Source of the DNA: Chiloscyllium plagiosum
Lineage: Eukaryota
Direction of reading: 5' to 3'
Assembly (NCBI RefSeq): GCF_004010195.1
Contig: NC_057725.1
Span: 55,699,312-55,763,311, forward strand
DNA: 64,000 bases
The notes beneath the pieces are model-generated. The model had not been told where the DNA came from and made no database searches. It worked only from the letters and a program-made list of their open reading frames with translations. The translations under genes and the position numbers were made by a program. Within the stretch, counting starts at the first letter, position 1, and every line of letters begins with the position of its first letter. Below are positions 49,093 through 60,050 of this stretch, in pieces.

Positions 49093-51084
49093 TGTGTTTT
49101 AAGTTGTTTCTGCATTGACTGAAATTCTGTTTTTCCCCAAAAATGTTTTCCCCCATTTACTGGATAAGATGTAATAAGACACTTATACCTTTTCATGGAC
49201 GAGATCAAACCTGAAACATTTGTTGAGCTCCAAAAAGTTCTGTAAGTGACACAGATCTTTAACAGTGACTTGTATTTATATCAAAATGTGATAATTTCCA
49301 ATAGATATGAGAGTGTGCTGTTTGTTACATTAACTTCAAACTTGTGCTGTTGCAAGTGGATACTATTTAGACTGGGATAAAGCTAGATTCAGAAACTGAA
49401 AGGATTAAAAAGAAATGTGTCAGAGGTCTGATGAAATGAATTTTTTTAAATGATTTGAACCAGTAAGGATTTTTTTTTTTTAAAAGTACTAAGCCACAAA
49501 ATATATCTACATATTATTTGTGTAGCTTTCTTTTGGCTTCCAGGAGCTACTTTTTTCCGTGAAATCCTTTACTGGGTGATGCAGTCACATTGTAGCATTC
49601 ATTTATTTTGTTTGTGTTGAAGTGTGGGACATTTTGGATTCTCTCGGAAGCAGATTTTTTTTTTTTAAAAAGTCTTCTATCCTCAAATATTAATTGTCCA
49701 TTAAATTTGAAACCACACCACACGAGGAAAGCATTGATTTCTACATGTGACAATATTTAAGTTGGTACAAGACAACAGGTGTAAGTTAGCAGCAGAAGTC
49801 TCATTATTCAAAATAACTAGATACAGACTTCTACAAAGAGAAAAACCATCACCCTAAAGACGCCATCCATTTGAGTGAAGTCACAGCTAGTGCTTTTCAA
49901 TCGCGTATTCACAACACTGAAATACTTTAACCAGACAGTTACTACACTTTTTATTTTATTGCATCTCAGGTGTCGGTTTCAAATTTAAATTTAACAATTG
50001 GCACAGTGTTGGTTACAGTAGAATTCACTGATGTGATTTGTCATGTATAGTGACTGTTGAATATATGCAGTATGATGGAAGAGATTTCACATTTGTTGGG
50101 AAGTAATTCATGAACTCAGTGATTTATAGTTTTTCTAGTCCCTTGGTTAGCTGAATGTACATCTGTGGCAGCTCTCGGTCTCTTCCTGTCCCCAAACCAC
50201 TATCTCCCATCCTGGCAGCAAATATGGGAGAGGAACAACCTGTGATTGGAGAAGCAACTTCTCCTACCTTCCCTCCATTCTATTTGGGGTGAGTGTGTGA
50301 CTTCTCTCGTATTGGTCACACAGACACACAGACACACGATGTTTCTTTTGCTTTAATCCAGGTTGCTAATCTTTTTTCTAATTCTTAAATTCTTTCCTGA
50401 AATATCTTTTGTTCATGTACATCACATCCACAACATTTCTCTTGTATCTGTACCTTCCAAAAAACTCCTCTAGGTTTATCGAGTATTGAGTTTCCATCCA
50501 GAGATATGTGGTTGTTTCTAATCATATTGTCCAGTTTGAAATTGAAGAATTTCATCCTCCAGTTTAAGCATTCAAAATTTCTCTGACTATTGATGTGGAC
50601 TAAAACCGAACTTGCTGGAGTGACTCACTAGCATTTTGCGTCCAGTGACTCTTTTTTTTACAAGAGGGTAAAGTACTGGACTCAAAATGTCAACTCTGCT
50701 TTCTTCCTGCAGATGCTTCCAGATTTGTTGAGTTTCAACAGCAATTTTTCTTTTTGTTTCAGATTACCAGCATCTGTAATTTATTGTTTTATGTTTATGT
50801 TGAGTAATTGGCATGTCATTTTGCAAGTTAGCTCTGTCTTTTTGAGAATTTGGTATTGTATTGGACACTCTCCAATTTTCCAGCACTTACCAATTTTCAG
50901 TAGAATGCTAAAGTACAACTATCAACATTACTGAATCCTTCACACATTTTAATTCTGAACATAACTATTTCAATTTGTAATTAGATTAGCATTACCATAT
51001 ATATATTTACTACTTGCATTCATTTCTAAGAATTTGATTCTCTAATCTGCATTAACGTCCCATCCCCGCTTGGGTTTTCTTTCT

Positions 51085-51275
51085 TGGTGAAAGTGGGTAC
51101 TGCAGATGCTGAAGATTAGAGTAGTGCTGGAAAAGCACAGCAGATCAGGCAGCATCCAAGGAGCAGGAAAACTGATGTTTTGGGCAAAAGCCCTTCATCA
51201 ACCGTTTCTGATGAAAGGCTTTTGCCTGGCTCCTCAGATGCTGCCTGGTCTGTGCTTTTCCAGCACTACTCTGAT
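51085..51275. mobile_element. Fold-back Penelope-like mini-element (family 1)
   Basis: TSD CTTGGGT(T/A)TTCTTTCT at 51069-51084 and 51276-51291. Confidence 0.82.
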
Positions 51276-51461
51276 CTTGGGTATTCTTTCTCGCCTCCCT
51301 AATCCTTTTACTGACTTACCCAACCGTGAAATGTAAATGGAAGAGAATCTGTAGTAGAACTGCACAAATGTATCCATTCCTTTTTTTAACCTGTGACCTT
51401 TGTGACTTCTGTGAATTATATCCTCTGTGTTTGGAATGTTGGTGCTCTCTGCCTATATCTG

Positions 51462-51782
51462 GGTGGCACAGTGGCTCAGTGATTAGTATTGCTGCCTCAC
51501 AGTGCCAGGGACCCAGGTTAGATTCCCATCTCGGGCGGCTATGTGGAGTTTGCACGTTCTCACCATGTCTGTGTGGGTTTCTTCTGGGTGTTCCAGTTTC
51601 CTCCCACAATCCAAAGATGTGCAGGGCAGGTAAATTGGCCATGTTAAATTAACCATAGTGTTAGATACATTAGTCAGGTGTAAATATAGGATAGGGGAAT
51701 GGGTCTGGGTGGGTTACTTCAGAGAGCCAGTGTGGATCTTTTGGGCCAAATGGCCTGATCCACACTGTAGGGAACCTAATCT
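51462..51782 (+). mobile_element. HE1-like V-SINE
   Basis: GGTGGCACAGTGGCTCAGTG head, V-domain and CR1 tail. Confidence 0.85.
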
Positions 51783-52674
51783 ATATTTTTCTCTTCCACA
51801 GCACCATTACTGCTCCTCTTCTTTTTTTCTTACACTGTCCCTTTTTATAAAAAAAACTGATTGTTTTGTTTCTGACTCCTGGCCAGTTTGTGGTGACATT
51901 TCTATTATGCCATTAAATTTATATCTTCCAGTGACTTAATTGCTTGTACTTTGCTCACACTGCATTGCAATACAGGTTTTTAGTCTTTTTTTTTTATAGG
52001 ATAGTTGCCTTTTTTGTTCAACTCAAATCTTTATTTCTTTATGTCTATACCCTCTTGTGAATCGTCAACTTAATTTCCTAATTGACACCCTTCTGTTCCT
52101 TCAGCCTGGTAATCATCTTGATGAAATTGTTATTCTTCTGTTTACCTCAGTTTTTACAATCCTGTACTTGGTATAACAGATTTGTTTGTTTCTTACGAGT
52201 TTAAATGCTGTGACACACTCTGATTTATCCATTATGCCTATGGTTGTCTTTTCAGTTGTCTTCAGTGTAACCAGAATAATTCTTATTTCATCAATAGTCC
52301 CACATCCAGACAGACAGAGAGAGAGAGAGCGAGAATAATGTCATAATGATTCTGCTGCTTTTCCTGTTTTATTAACTCTTTATTAACTCCTACATCATTG
52401 CCTGTGTCTATTCCCTTCCATATTCCCTTGCAGTCTTTCTAAAATTACCCTGCTATTGCATCCTGGGGGCAACAGAGCACCTGGATTACTTGACCTAGCT
52501 AAGTTAGGTAATACTTTCATTACTAATTACAAAGTCTCCTATTCGTATTGCATTCCTAATTTAATGAGCACCTCTTTACAGCAGCTAACATGTCAAGTTA
52601 TATATACAGCACACTGCTAGGTTGGCACAATAATCTGAAATGTGAATAAAGTGCTAGAGAATCTCAGCAGATCA

Positions 52675-53038
52675 TTAGAGGCCTAGACTTGTACAGAATG
52701 GAAACAGACTCTTTGGTTCAACTTGCCTCTGCTGACCAGATATCTTAGATTAATTTATCAAGTCCCATTTGCTGGAACTTGGCCCATATCCCTCTAAACC
52801 CTTCTTATTCATATACCCATCCAGATGCCTTTTAGATGTTGTAATGGTACCAGCCTCCACCACTTCCTCTGGCAGCTCATTCCATACATGCAGCATCCTC
52901 TGCATGAAAACATTGCCCCTTAGGTCCCTTTTAAACCTTTCTTCTGTCACCCTAAACCTATGCCCTCTAATTCTGGACTCCCTTACCTCAGGGAAAGGAC
53001 CTTGCCTATTTATCCTATCCATACCCATCCATGATTTT
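52675..53038 (-). mobile_element. CR1-like LINE 3' fragment
   Basis: GMDRIN..RIRGHRF..VWNELPEEVVEAG. Confidence 0.85.
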
Positions 53039-53639
53039 CTAAGTGGAGAGAGAAATTAAGTGGATGTTTTGATTGTGATGTGAATCTTCAGAACTGACTG
53101 GTGCTATTGACAAAGAGGCTGGAACAGCTTGTCCAGAGCACAGTAAACTGGCTGTCAGACTTTGAGACCAGCATTTTACCCTAAGCTAGGCTTTGTGCAC
53201 TCAAGTAACCTCAAAAGCCCAGTTGTGGAGCAGACACTTTGATCCATTCTTGCATATTGGCTTTGGGAATTTTAACTGCTTTCCTCCTAAACAAACCTGC
53301 TCCAAACAGGCACACTAAATGAGAATCTATTCAGAATGGAAGCGCTGAAAGATGCCTCTTAAATTCCGTAACATTTGGTTGGTAAGCTGTTTATCTGCTT
53401 TGAACACATTTCTCTCATCTGCTCTGGCTTTGAAGAGGTGAACTAAGCTATTGTTATGATGGCTGAATTCAAATATGAAAATGCTGTAGGGAGGGAAAAG
53501 GAAATTGTGCAATGATTGTTAGCAGCTGAGCGGAAATTGTGGAAACTGAAGTAAACTTTTTGCCATCAGATGTTAAGGAAGTGAGGGCACAATGTATTAA
53601 TATTTGGATTTGCAGAATTGTTTTGCAGATACATTCTAT

Positions 53640-54066
53640 TTTTGCTCAAAAAGCACACAACCTGCAGGCAGTCAATCCATATAACATTTTTATAAATTCC
53701 TACTTTGGAAATAGAACCAGTCTGACTTAAGATTGGGATACAGACAGACTCTAACCACCCCCCTTTAATGCATTGACTGAACTGAGACGTCACCTTTTTT
53801 GTAAAACCTTAAGTTATCTGGAGAACATGACTTAAAAGAAGTTCTGGGATTTACATATTAATGAAATGAAACCTGCAACCATTCTAAAAGATGAAAAGCT
53901 TAACAGCAATCTAGGTTTGTCCAATATAACATTTTAATTGCATGATACAGTGATCTTTTTCTATAAATTCTGTGTCTTATGATCCTGTCCCACGAGTTAC
54001 CCTCTGAAAGCTAGTATTTCTAAATAAGCCTGTTGGACTATAACCTGATGTGTGATTTTTAACTTT
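53640..54066 (+). mobile_element. Penelope-like family 2 3' region, hammerhead lost
   Basis: CTATAAATTCTGTGTCTTA..GAAAGCTAGTA..CCTGTTGGACTATAACCTG shared with 57453-57897. Confidence 0.65.
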
Positions 54067-55160
54067 CTACAGTGAAGACAAACATAAAATATATGTTCAA
54101 AGTCCATACCATTTCCTCTTTTCCCATTATTAAGATGCCAGTCCCATTCTCTGAGGGTCCAACATTTTCTTTAACTATTCTTCCTTTATACTTGCAGTGG
54201 CTTTTACTTTCTATTTTTATATTTTTTTTTACCAATTTTCTTACCCCAATCTCTCCCCGTTTGTTTTTCAATATATCCTTTTCTGCTTTCTGCAATTTTT
54301 AAAAAAAATCTTCCAACCTACCACTAATCTTCGTAGCATTACATGCCTTTTCCTTCAATCTTGTATAAAGGTTCTACAAGTCGTCAACTTTACTGGTGTA
54401 ACTTTGTTAAGAATTTATGAAGTATCTCATTAAATGTCTGCCAGTATTTCTCTGCCATCTTCCCTTTGAACTCATTTACCAAGTACATTTTAGCCAACTG
54501 TTTTATTAATGTATTTAATTAAGTCTGATATATGAGGACCCACTATTCTCACCGATAAACTAAATTCTACAATCATTTTTGCCAGTAGGATCCTTTACAC
54601 TGAGGTTTTTATTTTATTTCAATCTCGTGCATAACCAGGTTCAAAATAACCAGTTACCTCATTAGAATAATACATTTTATGTCACAAATAATACTTTGAA
54701 CTCATCCTCTGGGCTACCTTTGGCAATTTGATGTTTCCAGTCAGTGACAAGTTTGAAGTCAGTCATGATATTGTAGCAGTTTTCTTGTAAGTCCCCTTTA
54801 TTTCTTAATGTAATATCCTGCCTGTGTAGTTTATGTTTGGGAGCCTATAAATACTCCCACCAGTGACTTCCTTTTGCTATTCCTTCTTTCCATCCAAACT
54901 GTTTCTGATCTTCAATTTTGTGAAGCAAGATCACTTTTCACAACTACACTGAATCTAATCCTTTATTAACTGAGCTACACCACCTCCTTTTCATTTTCCA
55001 CCTGTCCTTCTGAAATATCCAATACTGAAGCCCCAACCTTGGTCACCTTGCAACCATCCCTGTAACGGGTATCATGTCATATTTATTTATTTTCATTTTG
55101 CTATCAATTCATCCATCTTGTTCCAAATGCTGAAAGCCTTCAAATGAAAAGACTTTAATC
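54067..55160 (-). mobile_element. Old degenerate CR1-type LINE fragment
   Basis: KENVGPSEN..EEMVWTLNIYF.FVFTVE resembles the CR1 ORF2 linker. Confidence 0.6.
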
Positions 55161-57452
55161 CTTTTTTACTATTTGTTTGCTGCAAAGCTGAAAAACAGGG
55201 ATTGCCAATGCTGGTGCTTGGGTTGTGATTATTCTATATAGCATTCACTTGTACTCGATGTAACAGTCTTACTGAATGCTAACAGCTTACTCCTATCTAT
55301 GTTTCAAAACATGTCTGTACAAGTCCTTACAGCTGAGACATTTTAAACTAGGGTTATGGACTTAGTGATTTTTATAATGTAATATAGTAACTGTGTCTAA
55401 ACTCAGACTGAGCTAGCACTATGTTGAGACATGTAGAATTGTGTGCAATAAATCAAACACGAGCCCCACCCAGGCCTCTTTTTGAATCATACAAACTTGA
55501 GTTGGTAACTGAAGCAAAGTGCTGTGAAACTACTTCATGAAAAATTAATTGAGTGCATCTTCTTGGATCCAGACAAGCAAATTTGTTGCTCAGAGTATAA
55601 AAAGAACACTAGAAAAGATTTTATTTATCACACAATGGCTTTTTTTCTTATTTTTAAGCATTGTTGATACCTCCTGAATCAAATGCAAATGCATAGTTTG
55701 GTTTCTACTGATTCAACTGCTGTTTGCAATTGTAAATGGGTACTATAAATACAGAGAGCCTTGTCGCATACCACATTGATATGCTAACAGGTTGCAGCAT
55801 TAGTAGATAAAATGCAAGCTTGCACCTTAAGATGGCACATGTAAGCACACAGAGGTAGGGGTTTGTGATCCATGGTTGACTATGTTAGGGGTGCATACGG
55901 GAATGTAAACTTTGGGTTGAATCAATTCATTTGTACTCCTGCATCTGCCAAAGAGCAAAGCCACCAGATAAAGGAATCCACTTACCTTGAATGATATACG
56001 GTACATTGAAGGAGAAGAAGAAGGTAAAACAAAAAAATCGATGAGGGATGTGAAGATCTATCATTTTATGAGCTTGCTTTTTCTTTTATATATCTGTTGC
56101 TATTGAACAATTATTTATGTACCAGAAATAGGTCAATAAAAGGGGCTAATAAGAGTGAGGCGCTTAAAATAATTAATTTGGGGGCAGAAATGAGTTTCAA
56201 ACTAAAATACATTTCACTAAAGGCAGGGATGAGGAGAAATTTCTTCCGTCGGAAGGCTGTGAATGTTAGAATTCTGTACCCAGAGTAGAGTGGAGACTGG
56301 ATCATTGATTATATTCGAGACAAATTCTTCATCTACAAGACCGTCAATGGTTATGGATGTCAAATGCCCCCACCCCAGTCCTGCTCCTGTTTCTTTTATT
56401 CTTTATATCAGCTCAGAGAAAAACATGGAAGAGTCTTCAAGTCCTAAAAACCCACAAATCCTAAAAACCTGAATATCTACATCTCACTGTAAAGTTCTTG
56501 ATAAGGGCAGATACTCAAGTGTTACTGCTGCAATCCATTTTTCTTGCTGTTTTCTCTGCAATGTCTATTGCACACGCTCGGACCCTCTGTGTGCTCAAGT
56601 GGACAAATATGTCAGTCTTCAACAGAGCAGTAAATGACACTCCAGCTTTAAAAGAGGTGCCCGCAGAGATATAATGCGCCGGTTATGATTTTCCAGGACT
56701 GCTTAGAGCAGAGCCAGCAGTTTGGATGTCTTTAAGTGTAATATTATCCTTCAACAAAGCCACGACGGAGAGAGGAAATGAGAGTCACAGACCACATCAA
56801 CCATCAGAAAATACTGGAATCTATTACTAAGGATTCACTTAGAAATACATAGTGTAATCCATTGAAGTCAGCAAAAGGGCAACTGTGTGGAGCCAGGAAA
56901 TGTCCTGACCTTGTATTCTCAAACTGCTTATTAAAATTAACCCTGGTGTAAACATTGAACTGTTCGAGGCTGGTGGAAATTCTCATAGTGAACCCAAATG
57001 AATCTTCAAAGAAACTGTTGAGTCTATTAACTTATTTATACAAAAAAAAACATGCTTTCAATGAAACATCTTGCTATCAGGCATTTCTAAACCTGAAAAA
57101 GGTAAAGTAATTTCCATTGTTCATTTGTTTTGAGGCGGATGTTGAAGCTGGAATAAATTCAATATTGCTGCTGTTTTGACAAATAATATTGGGTTATTTG
57201 TTTAAGTAAAGCTTACATCTTCTGTTTTATTCCCTTGTTAAACAGTTGCATTGTGAAACTGTCACTGTAAACTTTGAGTGTGGAATTTAAGTTGAGCTTT
57301 ATTTATTGATTTTATTTTTGTTGTTTGTTACTACTCATAACTTTTCTTAATGTTGAGAAACTTTAATGTATGTTCAATGTGTACGTGTGCACACCTGATT
57401 GAGAAAATAATCTTGGAAAGACATAATTTACTGGGATGGCATTAAAAGGATA

Positions 57453-57897
57453 TGATTTGGAGATGCCGGTGTTGGACTGGGGTGTACAAAGTTAAAAAGC
57501 ACACAACACCAGGTTATAGTCCAACAGGTTTATTTGGAAGCATTAGCTTATGGCACAGACAGGGAACACAGGGGGCTAACACCTTCAACATATTATCTGG
57601 CTGACACCAATTGTTACAGTTAACCTGAGAATGTAACTTTTTAAAAAAAGTTTTGTGATTTACACATGAAAGAAGTGAAACTATCATGGTCATTCTAACA
57701 GATGAGAGACTCCACAAACAATCAAGATATTTTTCAATGTATAATTTCAGTTATATCACACTGTAAACTTTTGCTATAAATTCTGTGTCTTACAATTGTG
57801 TCCTCCACAGCCACCTAATGAAGGAGCAGCGCTCCGAAAGCTAGTGCTTCCAATTAAACCTGTTGGACTAAAACCTGGTGTTGTGTAATTTTTAACT
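57453..57897. mobile_element. Penelope-like element (family 2) with inverted ends
   Basis: TSD TTAAAAGGATA at 57442-57452 and 57898-57908; hammerhead at 57815-57843 reads CTAATGA (G5 to A). Confidence 0.82.
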
Positions 57898-58274
57898 TTA
57901 AAAGGATAGATTGTCTTCTGAAAATGGACAATTTTTCAAGACTGAAATTCACTGTCTTTGTTCAAAGAGCTATTTGACCATGAATAGTTGTATGGTTGTG
58001 CCCAATTCTTTTCTCACTTAATGTCTGTAATAAATGCATTTCCAGCAAGTGTCACAAAATACAGACTTGTTGTGGTGTTTGCTGAATTAATTTTGCCTTT
58101 GTGCTGATGTCACATATGACGACTAACTATCCTGTTGAGATCAGCTAACATCTGGTTTGGGACGCTGCCTTTAAAAATAGGCAGCAGGGTAAGAGCTTTT
58201 GCCTAATGTGACACAGGAAGAAGCTCATGTGAAATATGCAGCATGTTTACGCTTTCTAAACATTTAATCGGCAG

Positions 58275-58507
58275 GAGAATGTGGTGCAAATATCATTGAT
58301 GTTTCCAAAGAAGCACGGAAGAGGTTTCTGGGTCCACTCCACCCTTCCTTTAACTTGATAAAGATCATCCGTAGCCGGCTTTCCAAAGGACTTCCAGACA
58401 ACGCACACGAGCTAGCAACAGGTCGACTGGGCATTTCATTGACCCGTGTCTCTGATGGCGAGAATGTTCTGGTGACTGTTTTCAACAATAAGGAGGAGCT
58501 TGTCCAG
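58275..58507 (+). CDS. PNPLA2: PNPLA2 coding exon 2
   Basis: (G)[54 protein letters not shown]; 233 nt, phase compatible with exon 1. Confidence 0.95.
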
Positions 58508-58828
58508 GTGAAGTCAAAATGTAACACTGTTTTTGTTCCAAATGGGTGGGAGAAGATTTTCTTCTCTGGGGTTTTTCCTATTTTTGTACTTCAAATCCTA
58601 TTCCACGCAACTAAGTGAACAAAGACTTTCTCACATCTGTGTGGCAGAAGCCAAAATCTGGTTTCTTTTTAAAGAAGAACACTTTTTTTCTGACCTGAAC
58701 TTTCTACCAGTCAAAGTACTATCCCAAATTCCCTAGTATGACCATAAATGATGTCATGTTATTTTTGTACAGCCATAAAAATTGCGTCACTGGCAGTTCA
58801 TATAAAAAGCTCCTGATCTGTTTTGCAG

Positions 58829-58894
58829 GCCTGTATATGCAGCATGTTTATTCCTGTGTACTGTGGACTGATACCACCAACGCTGCAAGGCGTG
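58829..58894 (+). CDS. PNPLA2: PNPLA2 coding exon 3
   Basis: ACICSMFIPVYCGLIPPTLQGV; 66 nt with TTTTGCAG acceptor and GTAAGT donor; the next exon (DGG motif) is not seen in the window. Confidence 0.95.
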
Positions 58895-59433
58895 GTAAGT
58901 TGAACTGTGACTGTAAAGCATGAAGCTAATGATGTGGAATTTCACCGGGATAATAAGTGACTGAATATTAATTTGAGTAGCAAATTGAAATGAATCTGAG
59001 CTTAGCTATTTCCTTTTACCAAACAGTACATGTGTTGAAGTACTACAGACGTTGTCATAATTTTCATTTTTTTTTCGTGTCATTCCTGCATTTTCCTCCT
59101 TACATTGAAGTTCCTTCCCTCTCCAATTCTGTGCTGAATTACTGAAAATTCCATTACTTGTGAAGTGTGTTAATGATTTTCTGTCTTTAGATGCTATCTT
59201 TCCCAGTCGTCTTAACTTTCTGAACAAAAGAAAACACACTGAACCCCATGATCAACTACACCATTCTTACACTTCCTACACTATTCTTACACTATCCCTG
59301 ATTTCAGAATCTTCCTTAAAATTACTAAACCACTTGGTGCCTTTAGAAATCATTCAAACTTTTCTTTTGAGTTAATAGTGTATCCTGTATTCAAGTGTAA
59401 CATAGTGCATATTAAATGAATTGGAAAGAAATT

Positions 59434-60050
59434 GGGGCAGCACCACAGCCTCATGGCGCCAGGGGCCCAAGTTTGATTGCAGCCTTGGGCAACTGTCAAT
59501 GTGGAGTTTGCACATTCTGCCTATGTCTGTGTGGTTTTCCTCCCACAGCCCAAAGATTGCAGGTTAGGTGGATTGACCATGCTACATTGTCCAAAATGTC
59601 CAGCGATATGCAGATCAGGTGGATTAGCCATGCAAAATAGAGCGTTACATGGATGAGTCTGACTGGGTTGGTCTTCAGAGGGTCAATACGGATCCTTTGG
59701 GCCGAATGGCCTGCTTCCACACTGTTGAATCCCTTCAGTGTGGAAACAGGCCATTAGGCCCAACAAGTCACACTGACCCTCCAAAGAATATCCCACCCAG
59801 ACTCATTCCCTAACCCTATTACTTTTACATTTCCCCTGACTAATGCAACTAACCTACACATCCCTGAACGTTATGGGCAATTTAGTATTGCCAATTCACC
59901 TAACCTTACAACTTTTGCACTGTGGGAAGAAACCAGAGCACCTGGAGGAAACCACGCAGACACTGGGAGAATGTGCAAACTCCACACAGACAGTCGCCCT
60001 AGGCTGGAATCGAACCTGGGTCCCTGGTGCTGTGAGCCACCGTGCTACCC
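59434..60050. mobile_element. Two HE1-like V-SINEs tail-to-tail (+ 59434-59724, - 59726-60050)
   Basis: V-domain TGTGGAGTTTGCACATTCT on + near 59500 and its complement near 59968. Confidence 0.8.

Noticed and set aside
35961-58894. Assignment to PNPLA3 or another patatin paralogue
   Set aside because: The [15 protein letters not shown] motif and position next to RPLP2 favour PNPLA2; a phylogeny would be the definitive test
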